From Bacteroidales bacterium (GTDB taxonomy: Bacteria; Bacteroidota; Bacteroidia; Bacteroidales; UBA12077), in assembly GCA_028282585.1 (NCBI GenBank), contig JANQHR010000067.1:1-45994 (forward strand): a stretch of DNA of 45,994 nucleotides, in the 5' to 3' direction. Position numbers and translations under genes: made by a program. Position 1 is the first letter of the stretch. Every line of letters starts with the position of its first letter. Below, piece after piece: positions 32,383 through 41,599 of the stretch. Under the pieces are notes generated by a model. That model saw nothing but the letters and a program-made list of their open reading frames with translations, searched no databases and was not told the origin of the DNA.

Positions 32383-34847
32383 GCTCTTTGATCTATCCAT
32401 TTCTCAAGTAAAGAAATTAATCTTTCCTTTTTAATAGGTTTTGCTATATAGTCGTCACATCCGGCTTCAAGACTTTCTTTTTCATCATTTTGCATGGCAT
32501 AAGCTGTTTGAATTATAATTGGAATTTCAGGCTTTAGTTTTTTTATTTTAGATGTTGCCTCTAAACCATTCATTCCCGGCATTTTTATATCCATAAGAAT
32601 TAGGTCGATATGTTTATTGCTGCGACATATTTCTACTGCTTCATATCCGTTTTCAGCATGTAATAAATTTATTCCTTTATTGGATAAAAACATCTCTAAA
32701 AACTTATAATTACTTTCTTCGTCTTCAGCAATTAAAATGGTTTTATCTTTCCAGTTTTTATGGTTAGCAATTACAAATTTGGTAATAGTTTCATTTTCTT
32801 GAACTTCTGCCATTTCCAATGGTAGCGTAAAAAAGAAAGTTGATCCGGTTCCAGGTTCCGATTCAACTCGAATTGTACCACCGAGCCTTTCAATCAAATT
32901 TTGAGTTATGGTAAGTCCTAACCCGGTGCCTCTATACAGTTTAGATGTATCAGTTTCAATTTTATTGAATCTTTGAAAAATCTCTGATTGTTTATCTTTT
33001 GGAATTCCAATACCTGTATCCTTAACATAAAACTCAACAAAATCTAAATCTTTAAATATTTTGTAACCTATACTTACTGACCCTGTTTCGGTATATTTTA
33101 AAGCATTATCAGTAAGGTTTGTTATAATTTGCTTTAACCTGTAAGGGTCTGTTTTTAAATAAAACTCATCCTGTAAAGAACCTTCATCAAGAATAATATC
33201 AATATTCTGTTTGCCAATTTTTTTCTTGGTTTCGTTAAATGTTTCATATAAATCCTTAACGGTACGGTTGATATCTGTATCTTTTATGAAAACAGTTAAT
33301 TCATTTGCTTCAATCTTTGCCAGGTCAATAATATCATCAATTAAATGAAGCAGGGTATTACAATTATTATTGATGTGTGTTACAAGTTCTTCTCGTTCAT
33401 CATCTTCAGTATCAGAATCAACTAATAAATCTGAGAATCCAATAATGGCATTCATTGGTGTTCTAATCTCGTGAGACATATTGGCTAGGAACGAAGATTT
33501 TAACCGATCAGATTCTTCTGCTTTATCTTTAGCATTCTTGAGGTCAATTTCAGTTTTATACCTATCGGTTATATTATAACAAATTCCAACAATTCCCAAG
33601 GGATTACCATTTTCGTCTGTATAGGGTACTTTTAACGTATCTAATAGTACACGTTCACCTTTGTTATTAATCTCCCAAGATTCCATTCTATAAAGCTGAT
33701 TTGTTTCCATAATCTTTTTATCAGTTTCATAGTAATACATTGCTTCTTCATTTTTAAAAATACTAAAGTCATCTCTTCCGATTAATTCTTCTTCTGTAAT
33801 ACCATTAAACTCACAAAATGCCTGATTACAACCTATATAAACATTGTCTCTGTTTTTAAAAAAGATTAAATCAGGAATAGTATTAATCATTGAGTTTAAT
33901 AATGATTTTTCGTGAATGAGTTGTTTCTCCGTCTTTTTTCGCTCGTTTAATTCTTTTTGTAATTCAGCAGTTTTAACAGAAACTTGTTTACGAAGTGTCC
34001 ACGACCAGAATAATACAATAATCAGTATAACTAAAAAGGGCAATAATATTAGAGTAATTAATCTGTAAACCTGTGTTTTAATATCCCTTTTTTCATAGAT
34101 CCCAAACCATTTATCATATATTTGGTCATATTCGCCCGTTGATTTAATGATTTGCAAACCATCATTAATTTGTGCTAAAATGTCGCCTCTTTGTTTGTTT
34201 ATAGCAAAACAAATTTCTTTTGGTTGTAAGGTGTTTCCAATTGGTTCCAAATTGGTTAAATTATATTCTTTTATAGCATATTGACCATGAAGTTTATTGA
34301 TCAAAGCACAATCGTATTCTCCTGATGAGAGTAATCTTAAAGCAGTTGTATAATTCTTTACAGGGATAATATAATCCGTTAAGTTGTTTGTTATCAAATA
34401 ATCATGCATTATATCACCCTTAACAACTAAGGTTTGTTTACCTTTAATATCTTCAATAGATTTTATATTACTCTGTTTTCTTGCAAATAGTGAATGTGTA
34501 ATATAAATGTAGGGAGTAGAAAAATTAGCGTTTTCGCTTCTTTGAGGAGAATAGGACATACCGACAACTCCGTCTATTTTTTCGTTAACAAGATCTATTC
34601 TTACCTGACCCCAGGTATCTAGTTCCAAATTAACTTCCAATCCCATGGTTTTTGCAATGGCATTCAATATATCTATGCTAAATCCGGTAGGCTCGGAATT
34701 TTTATCTAAATAATGATAAGGAGGGTAATCATAATTCGCCTTGAAAAAAATAGTGTCTTTATCAAAATTCTTTGAATAAATTGGGAAAGTGAAGAGAGGG
34801 ATAAAAATTAAAATTAAAATAAGTAATTTTGTTAGTCTGTTTATCAT
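32379..34847 (-). CDS. Hybrid sensor histidine kinase (periplasmic amino-acid-binding SBP_bac_3-like domain, TM, PAS, HisKA, HATPase, REC)
   Basis: YPPY...GFSIDIL, NTIPDLIFFK, FLANMSHEIRTPMN, DTGIGI, GTGLGL and LMDIKMPGMNG motifs. Confidence 0.92.
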   Translation of the reverse strand: MINRLTKLLILILIFIPLFTFPIYSKNFDKDTIFFKANYDYPPYHYLDKNSEPTGFSIDILNAIAKTMGLEVNLELDTWGQVRIDLVNEKIDGVVGMSYSPQRSENANFSTPYIYITHSLFARKQSNIKSIEDIKGKQTLVVKGDIMHDYLITNNLTDYIIPVKNYTTALRLLSSGEYDCALINKLHGQYAIKEYNLTNLEPIGNTLQPKEICFAINKQRGDILAQINDGLQIIKSTGEYDQIYDKWFGIYEKRDIKTQVYRLITLILLPFLVILIIVLFWSWTLRKQVSVKTAELQKELNERKKTEKQLIHEKSLLNSMINTIPDLIFFKNRDNVYIGCNQAFCEFNGITEEELIGRDDFSIFKNEEAMYYYETDKKIMETNQLYRMESWEINNKGERVLLDTLKVPYTDENGNPLGIVGICYNITDRYKTEIDLKNAKDKAEESDRLKSSFLANMSHEIRTPMNAIIGFSDLLVDSDTEDDEREELVTHINNNCNTLLHLIDDIIDLAKIEANELTVFIKDTDINRTVKDLYETFNETKKKIGKQNIDIILDEGSLQDEFYLKTDPYRLKQIITNLTDNALKYTETGSVSIGYKIFKDLDFVEFYVKDTGIGIPKDKQSEIFQRFNKIETDTSKLYRGTGLGLTITQNLIERLGGTIRVESEPGTGSTFFFTLPLEMAEVQENETITKFVIANHKNWKDKTILIAEDEESNYKFLEMFLSNKGINLLHAENGYEAVEICRSNKHIDLILMDIKMPGMNGLEATSKIKKLKPEIPIIIQTAYAMQNDEKESLEAGCDDYIAKPIKKERLISLLEKWIDQRA

Positions 34848-35028
34848 AGTACATTAATGTAGAGTAAGGCTAAGTGCTTAAAGATAAAAAAACTATTCAC
34901 ATTATCATATGTTACGAGAGTAATAAAGTTTATGTTAAGTAAGCTTTAAGTCTTATATAATCGAGGTATTATTAAATATAGGCGATGCTGAAATTAACTA
35001 GGTTAGGAATTTAACAAAAAATTAAAAT

Positions 35029-36177
35029 ATGCAAAAAAAGCAAGTATTATTCATTATAATAAGTATTTTGCTGGTTTCATGTAATTTAGATCATTCTAAA
35101 AACAAGCAAAAAAGCTCAAATATAAAATTACAAAGTTCAAATTTAGAATATGCTAAAGGATTTGAATTAAAAAACGAAACTAATTATAAGAAATTAACAA
35201 TACATAATCCCTGGCAGGGAGCGGAAAATGTTGATTACGAATATATACTTATAAATAAAGATCAAGAATTAAATGAAGATCTAAAAAGATTTAATGTTAT
35301 AAGAACGCCAATAAAAAGAGTAATATGCTTATCAACAACACATATTGCCTTTATAGATGTATTGAATGAAACACAAAGTATTGTCTCTGTATCAGGAACT
35401 GATTATATAAATAATCCTAAAATAAGACAAAGAATTAATAATAATGAGATTCAAGATGTTGGTTACGACAATAGTTTAAATTATGAACTAATTGCAAGTT
35501 TGAATCCTGATTTGGTTCTAACCTTTGGAGTTAGCGGGCAAGTTGCGGGATACGCTCAAAAGCTGAACGACTTGGGTATACAAACCATGATTATAGCTGA
35601 ATATCTGGAAACGCATCCTTTAGGAAAACTTGAATGGATAAAATTGATATCGGCTTTGTACGAAAAAGATAATACTGCTCACGATTATTTTGAAAACGTA
35701 GTAAATAAATATAATGAGTTAGCGGAAGTGACCCGAAATATGAATGAAAAACCTCGCGTACTTTTGGGTTTACCATGGAAAGGTACATGGCATGTTCCAG
35801 GCGGAAATTCGTTTTTAGCAAAAATGATTCATGATGCCGGAGGAGATTATATCTGGAAAGAAAATGAATCAAGAGAAAGCTTACCATTTGATATCGAAAC
35901 CATTTTTGTGAAAGCTTCTGATGCGGATATTTGGATAAATGCAGGTACAATTAATAAAAAAGAAGATATTATAAAACTAGATGAAAGATTCAAGGATTTT
36001 CCGCCTCGTAATAAAAAAATCTACAATAATAATTTACAGTTAAATGAATCCGGAGGAAATAATTACTGGGAGAGGGGTTTGGTTGAGCCTCATATTGTTT
36101 TAAAAGATATGATTAAAGTTTTTCACCCTGATTTATTGCCGGAACATGAGTTGGTTTATTACAAATTAATTGAATAG
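35029..36177 (+). CDS. Cobalamin/iron-chelate ABC transporter substrate-binding lipoprotein (BtuF-like)
   Basis: Lipobox LVSC, YAKGF, 'PIKRVICLSTTH' and 'EYLETHPLGKLEWIK'. Confidence 0.8.
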   Translation: MQKKQVLFIIISILLVSCNLDHSKNKQKSSNIKLQSSNLEYAKGFELKNETNYKKLTIHNPWQGAENVDYEYILINKDQELNEDLKRFNVIRTPIKRVICLSTTHIAFIDVLNETQSIVSVSGTDYINNPKIRQRINNNEIQDVGYDNSLNYELIASLNPDLVLTFGVSGQVAGYAQKLNDLGIQTMIIAEYLETHPLGKLEWIKLISALYEKDNTAHDYFENVVNKYNELAEVTRNMNEKPRVLLGLPWKGTWHVPGGNSFLAKMIHDAGGDYIWKENESRESLPFDIETIFVKASDADIWINAGTINKKEDIIKLDERFKDFPPRNKKIYNNNLQLNESGGNNYWERGLVEPHIVLKDMIKVFHPDLLPEHELVYYKLIE

Positions 36178-36232
36178 ATCAATACGGATTTTATTAAATT
36201 AGCATTTTTCAATCATTGTAAAACCTCAAAAA

Positions 36233-37267
36233 TTGTTTTCGAAGAAGCAGAATTTTATAATTTGGAGCACTTTAGTACTGATATTAATAATACTTTTTCT
36301 TTTTGATATTATATTAGGCTCAGTTCGTTTACCTTTTACTGATGTGGTTAAATTATTATTTACAGGTAATACCGAACGTCCGGAATATACGACAATAATA
36401 TATCGCTTTAGAATACCGAAAGCACTAACAGCGTTATTTGCCGGATTTGCTTTATCTGTTAGCGGTTTGCAAATGCAAACCGTATTTCGAAATCCTTTGG
36501 CAGGACCTTATGTACTTGGTATTAGTGCAGGAGCAAGTTTAGGCGTTGCTTTGCTGGTAATGGGATTATCAACATTTACGGTTGTTAGTCAAATTGGTGT
36601 TTTAGGAAATTGGACAATTGTGCTAGCTGCATGGTTAGGTTCCGGATTAATCTTGTTTTTAATATTGATAGTTTCCATAAGAGTGAAGGATATTATGACC
36701 ATCCTTATTCTTGGTATTATGTTTGGAAGTGCAACTGCAGCCATTGTCAACATTTTGCAATATTTTAGCAATGAATCAATGCTAAAGGCTTTTATTGTAT
36801 GGACCATGGGAAGCTTGGGGGGAGTATCACTAAATCAGCTTAAGGTATTAATTCCAAGCGTTGTTATTGGTTTAATTATGACTTTTTTATTAATCAAAGC
36901 CTTGAATGCAATGTTAGTGGGAGAGAATTATGCAAAAAGTATGGGATTGAATGTAAGGTTATCAAGGTTTTTAATTTTTTTTAGTACAAGCTTGCTTGCA
37001 GGAAGCATTACCGCCTTTTGCGGTCCTATAGGGTTTATAGGTATTGCAGTTCCTCATATAGCAAGAATTGTATTTAAAACGGCTAATCATAAAATACTGC
37101 TCCCCGGTACTATGCTTTTAGGAGGTATTGTTTTATTGTTAAGTGATATTATTTCACAATTACCCGGACACGAAAGAACATTACCAATAAATTCGATTAC
37201 AGCCTTAATTGGTATACCGGTTGTTATCTGGATTATAATAAAAAACAAAAAAATTACATCCGTTTGA
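36233..37267 (+). CDS. FecCD/BtuC family ABC permease
   Basis: RIPKALTA, FRNPLAGPYVLGISAGA and GPIGFIGIAVPHIAR motifs; TTG start. Confidence 0.9.
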   Translation: MFSKKQNFIIWSTLVLILIILFLFDIILGSVRLPFTDVVKLLFTGNTERPEYTTIIYRFRIPKALTALFAGFALSVSGLQMQTVFRNPLAGPYVLGISAGASLGVALLVMGLSTFTVVSQIGVLGNWTIVLAAWLGSGLILFLILIVSIRVKDIMTILILGIMFGSATAAIVNILQYFSNESMLKAFIVWTMGSLGGVSLNQLKVLIPSVVIGLIMTFLLIKALNAMLVGENYAKSMGLNVRLSRFLIFFSTSLLAGSITAFCGPIGFIGIAVPHIARIVFKTANHKILLPGTMLLGGIVLLLSDIISQLPGHERTLPINSITALIGIPVVIWIIIKNKKITSV

Positions 37268-37273
37268 TGAGTA

Positions 37274-38317
37274 ATGAAAGAAGAAGGAGACATATTAAGC
37301 ATTAATCATCTTGAAATTGGCTATCCGGTAAAAGGTAATTCCAATTATATTTTATACCGGGATATTAACTTATGCGGTAAATCAGGAGAATTAATTGCAT
37401 TGGTTGGGAAAAACGGAATAGGAAAAAGTACACTTTTAAGAAATATATCAGGTTTACAAAGTTCATTAAACGGTACGATTAATTATTTTGATAAGCAGAA
37501 ACAAGATTACACAAGAGCTGATTTTGCCAGAATGATCAGTTTTGTCTCAACAGAAATTGTGAACGTAACCAATTTAAATGTTTTTGATCTGGTTTCGTTA
37601 GGAAGGTTTCCACATACAAATTGGTTAGGTAAACTAACAATTGAAGATATCAATAAATCAGCTCAGGCGCTCGAAATGGTTGGGATGAGTTCCTTTGCAA
37701 GAAAAAACTTGAATGAAATAAGCGATGGAGAAAGACAAAGGGTTATGATAGCCAGAACCTTAGCGCAGGATACAAAATTGATTATATTGGATGAGCCAAC
37801 CGCCTTTCTTGATTTACCTAACAAATATGAGATTATTCACCTTCTGAATAAACTATCCAAAGAAGAAGATAAGACTATCATCTTTTCAACACATGATCTT
37901 AATATCGCTATTCAGGAGGCAGATAAAATATGGTTGATGTTAGATGATAAAGTAGAAGAAGGAGCACCGGAAGATTTAATCTTAGATGAAACATTCAATA
38001 AGATCTTTGAAAAATCAAATTTAAGATTTGATAAAATAAAAGGTGATTTTAAGATGCAAAAAATGCATCAATGTAAAATCGGATTAATAGGAGAAGGACC
38101 TCATTATACATGGACAAAAAAAGCGTTGGAACGATTAAATTTTAAAGTTGAGAAAGGCAATGATTCGATACAATATATAAAAATTGATAAGGAAAATAAC
38201 TTTGGTAAATGGACATTGTTAGATGATGAAAATAAGCATGAGTTCAATTCAATTTATGATTTGTCAATATATCTAAAAATACAAACCGGCCTTCCGAGGG
38301 GTAGGCAAAAAAACTAA
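37274..38317 (+). CDS. BtuD/FecE-like ABC ATPase with C-terminal extension
   Basis: GKNGIGKST, ISDGERQR, LDEPTAFLD and STHD motifs. Confidence 0.9.
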   Translation: MKEEGDILSINHLEIGYPVKGNSNYILYRDINLCGKSGELIALVGKNGIGKSTLLRNISGLQSSLNGTINYFDKQKQDYTRADFARMISFVSTEIVNVTNLNVFDLVSLGRFPHTNWLGKLTIEDINKSAQALEMVGMSSFARKNLNEISDGERQRVMIARTLAQDTKLIILDEPTAFLDLPNKYEIIHLLNKLSKEEDKTIIFSTHDLNIAIQEADKIWLMLDDKVEEGAPEDLILDETFNKIFEKSNLRFDKIKGDFKMQKMHQCKIGLIGEGPHYTWTKKALERLNFKVEKGNDSIQYIKIDKENNFGKWTLLDDENKHEFNSIYDLSIYLKIQTGLPRGRQKN

Positions 38318-38321
38318 TGTT

Positions 38322-38534
38322 ATGAAAGGATTAAAGAAAGTTACCTCGTACATTTTAATAACATTTGTGTTATTAATTACTATTATTTCATTACTTGGTG
38401 TATGGGAAGTTATTTCTCTTGAAGAAGTGATTCGAAAGATATTTGTATCCCTGTTCATTATTTTTGTGGCATCGGTAATCGTGTTATTTATATTTTCGGT
38501 ACTTATAAGAGATACGGATCATCATAAAGAGTAA
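38322..38534 (+). CDS. Small two-TM membrane protein, unknown function
   Basis: 70 aa with two hydrophobic helices; starts 4 nt after the ATPase stop and ends at a terminator. Confidence 0.65.
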   Translation: MKGLKKVTSYILITFVLLITIISLLGVWEVISLEEVIRKIFVSLFIIFVASVIVLFIFSVLIRDTDHHKE

Positions 38535-38565
38535 AAGAAAAGAGCGCGTTTAGCGCTCTATTTTA
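38534..38565. terminator. Bidirectional terminator
   Basis: AGAGCGC-GTTTA-GCGCTCT flanked by A-rich and T-rich tracts, between convergent genes. Confidence 0.7.
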
Positions 38566-39999
38566 ATTGTTTTCATGTATTTTCTTTCTTCCAAATTCAA
38601 TGTCAAGAATATTTTTTAAGGTCTCATGCCCAATTCTTTTGGCAATGATTTTTTTATCTTCATCCAGTAAATAAATGGTTGGCGTACTATATACATTATA
38701 AAAGAATCGGAAATTAGTTAAGTTATAAGGATCCCATACGTTAATCCAGTCTTCATATTCATTATTTGCAATATAATCGGTCCATTCTTCTTTATCTGTT
38801 TGTGTATAAACAGCAAGTACTTCGAATTCACTTCTGTCATATTCCTGATGCAGTTCGTAAACTTTAGGAGTAACTTTTTTACAATGGCCGCAATCGGGTT
38901 CAAAGAAATATACCACCGTATACTTGGCTTTTATATCATAAAGTCTTGCATATTCCTCATTAAAGGTTTCCATTTTTAAATCCTGGGCATAATTTCCAAC
39001 CAGGTTAAATCTAAGTTTAGCAATATGTTCTTTTAACTTTTCACTGGTTTCCTCATCATACCAATCTACCTTATCGGTTAAATAATAATTGTCAGCTAAA
39101 TGTACAAGAACTTTATCCATTCCCATTATATTACTTTGACTGTAGGTGTTGAACAGGTACCTGAGAACATACTGATACATTTCCCTGTTATTCTCGCTTT
39201 TTGAAACAACCTTATCAATATAGTGAGTTAAGGTATCCGGATTTTGAATTAATATTCTGGTGAAAAAAGCCTCCAGCTTATTATGAAATATAGGAGTTCG
39301 GAGGAATCTTTCATCGGAAAAGTTAATATTATCCCAATAATGCTGGCGGTTATAATTATAAGAGTGAAACCATCGAACAGAATCTTTATTTTCAATATTT
39401 TCAGGAACTTCAATTTCAGGAACTTCAGGATTCTTCATAGCATTAATAATAACTCCTAAAAGTTTACCTTCATTTTCCGCGATGATTCTATCCCAATTGG
39501 TTTTGACCTCTTCAGATAATACTTTTAGCCTATTTTCAAGCATTTCAATTGAATCAGAATCTTCATTATATTTTTTAATTTCTTCTTGAAGGTTTGTTGA
39601 TTCTTTTTGCTTTTCCATCATAAACTTTTGAAAATCCTTAAAAGAACTATTTTCTTCCGATCCCTTTATTTTCAAATTATTGATTAGATCATCACTGTTG
39701 GTTTCCACATAGAACTGCTGATCTTCGCCTATAAGTATATCGAAATAATTTTTTGATGGTAAAACGACTATATATACTCCTTGATCCAATAAACTATCAC
39801 CCTGAAAAGTACCTTTACCATTTTCATCTAATTGTATTGTATCTTTCACATAAGTTTTATCACCGAAATAATAGCCCAGGTAAATTTCTTTTTCTTTTAA
39901 ATCGGAAATCTTAACATCAATTTTGTATGATTGTGAAAACAATGCATTCCATGCAAACACTAATAATAGTCCGGTTAAAATGGTATATAAATTTTTCAT
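38563..39999 (-). CDS. Exported TlpA/AhpC-TSA thioredoxin-like protein with DUF4369/DUF5106-like N-terminal domains
   Basis: Signal peptide, 'YLGYYFGDK', 'HYWDNINFSDERFLRTP', C-terminal CGHC redox motif and 'YNVYSTPTIYLLD'. Confidence 0.8.
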   Translation of the reverse strand: MKNLYTILTGLLLVFAWNALFSQSYKIDVKISDLKEKEIYLGYYFGDKTYVKDTIQLDENGKGTFQGDSLLDQGVYIVVLPSKNYFDILIGEDQQFYVETNSDDLINNLKIKGSEENSSFKDFQKFMMEKQKESTNLQEEIKKYNEDSDSIEMLENRLKVLSEEVKTNWDRIIAENEGKLLGVIINAMKNPEVPEIEVPENIENKDSVRWFHSYNYNRQHYWDNINFSDERFLRTPIFHNKLEAFFTRILIQNPDTLTHYIDKVVSKSENNREMYQYVLRYLFNTYSQSNIMGMDKVLVHLADNYYLTDKVDWYDEETSEKLKEHIAKLRFNLVGNYAQDLKMETFNEEYARLYDIKAKYTVVYFFEPDCGHCKKVTPKVYELHQEYDRSEFEVLAVYTQTDKEEWTDYIANNEYEDWINVWDPYNLTNFRFFYNVYSTPTIYLLDEDKKIIAKRIGHETLKNILDIEFGRKKIHENN

Positions 40000-41132
40000 A
40001 TTGTGTTATTTTTAACAAGCAAATTTATCAATTTTTGAGCACTATGCTTGTTATTAACATTTTTTAACAAGCTTTCTTCCCTTTTGTTTATCTCTTCGAG
40101 TTTAAAATCTTTACTTATAAGCTCGTTTATTTTAGAAATGATCTTCTCTTTAGAATCAACCAAATGACATAACGATTCCAAGCCGCTTCCGCTAACCATC
40201 ATCGAATTTGCAATGCAATGCCTTCCTGCATATAAAGCATTGATCAACTTAAGTTTAATGCCTGTTTCCTGAAAGGTAATTAAAAGATTAATCTGAGCCT
40301 TTTGAATTAATTCTTTCATTTTAAAATCTGTCGGGTTAGAAATTATTTCAACATTAGAGTGGATTTTTGAAAGTTCAAATAATTTAGGATCGGGATTTTT
40401 ACCGGCTATTATGAACCTGAATTTAACATAAGGGCAAACTCTTTGTATAATAAACTTTGCAGCTTCAATGTTTTCATGAACTGAAAGATTTCCGTGAAAT
40501 AAAATATACTCGCCTTTCCCTCTTAATATTTCAACCTGATTATTCGAATGGAAAGCCTCAATCAAAAATACGTTTTCGTTGTAATTTTTAAAATGAGCAC
40601 AATCCTTTTTTGTGATTCCGGCAATCTTAATATCTGATCTTAAAACTCTTTCGTATTTCTTAAGTTTCAATGCCTCGGATTTAAAAAATATCTTTTGAAA
40701 AAAACTCTTTTCTTTTTTAGCCAGATTGGAATAATAATCATGCTCGATGTTATGCATTCTGATTGCGATGCTTCTATTTCTTAAGTTTAATTTCTTTAAA
40801 TGGAATGTTGTATGCAATCCCTCAAAAAGGATCGGGTGATCATCCTGCTTTAGTTTGTCCAATAAATCTTTATTTGAACGGGTTAAAACAATGAACGGAA
40901 CGATAGAAAAAAAGTATTTAAACTTTTTTGGTCTTGCATAATATTGAACGGATTTGCAATATTTCTTTAACTCTTCTGATTCAACTCTATCGTATTGAAA
41001 ACAGTGTAAGTTAATTTTTGCTCCTAACTCATAAAGCGCCTTTATTTTGTAAAACACGTCTATAACGCCTCCATAATCAGCAGGGTAAGGTATGGCAAAA
41101 GAAACAATATGAATTTCTGTGTTATTTTTCAT
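39996..41132 (-). CDS. GT-B fold (GT4-like) glycosyltransferase
   Basis: 'PYPADYGGVIDVFYKIKAL', 'HNIEHDYY' and 'TGIKLKLINAL'; 4-nt overlap with the downstream gene. Confidence 0.8.
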   Translation of the reverse strand: MKNNTEIHIVSFAIPYPADYGGVIDVFYKIKALYELGAKINLHCFQYDRVESEELKKYCKSVQYYARPKKFKYFFSIVPFIVLTRSNKDLLDKLKQDDHPILFEGLHTTFHLKKLNLRNRSIAIRMHNIEHDYYSNLAKKEKSFFQKIFFKSEALKLKKYERVLRSDIKIAGITKKDCAHFKNYNENVFLIEAFHSNNQVEILRGKGEYILFHGNLSVHENIEAAKFIIQRVCPYVKFRFIIAGKNPDPKLFELSKIHSNVEIISNPTDFKMKELIQKAQINLLITFQETGIKLKLINALYAGRHCIANSMMVSGSGLESLCHLVDSKEKIISKINELISKDFKLEEINKREESLLKNVNNKHSAQKLINLLVKNNTI

Positions 41133-41249
41133 TTCTATTTAGATCATGAAAGTAAAAATTTTATTTGAAAGTATGCATCTATTTTAGAAAATACGCGTCT
41201 TTTAAATGATAATTACTTGTAACGATTCTTTATTTTATTCGTCATATTA

Positions 41250-41472
41250 CCAGATAATTAGCTAATTAAATGAAAGCTGGAAATGAAAAACAATATAGAT
41301 GTTAAACTTTTAGAATTACGTAAAAGAGTTATTCAAATGTAGATTGAGAGGAAGAGGTTAAATTTTAGGTTTAGGTTAATTAAAGTACTTTCCTGTCCTT
41401 CATTTTCATATTTTCCCAATAATGAAGGGTAGTTTGGCCCGGTTCTGAATATCTCGGAACCGGGCTTTTACT
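41250..41472 (+). ncRNA. Candidate small RNA / small-peptide transcript
   Basis: ECF-like promoter TGTAAC-N16-CGTC (41218-41243), internal hairpin 41397-41428, and a strong terminator 41437-41465 with no upstream + strand gene. Ends are approximate. Confidence 0.4.
41437..41472 (+). terminator. Orphan intrinsic terminator
   Basis: 12-bp stem GCCCGGTTCTGA/TCGGAACCGGGC (one G-U pair), loop ATATC, then TTTTACTT. Confidence 0.8.
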
Positions 41473-41519
41473 TGTTTCATTTTAGTGATTAATTTCTTGT
41501 TTGTTAAGTATTACATAAA

Positions 41520-41551
41520 TTTGCTTAATGTGTAATTTGCATTTATATTTG
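41520..41551 (+). promoter_or_regulatory. Sigma-A promoter of argS
   Basis: TTTG (41520-41523), 20 nt spacer, TATATTTG (41544-41551). Confidence 0.7.
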
Positions 41552-41599
41552 TGCGCTAATTTTTTAGCTAAATCAGATATTATAAGTATAAAATTGATT

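Noticed and set aside
34848-35028. Cobalamin riboswitch upstream of the btuF-like gene
   Set aside because: No GGGAA / GCCACTG B12-box core and no GC-rich stems.
41250-41599. T-box riboswitch for argS
   Set aside because: No T-box consensus is present, T-boxes are not typical of Bacteroidota, and argS has its own promoter downstream of the terminator.
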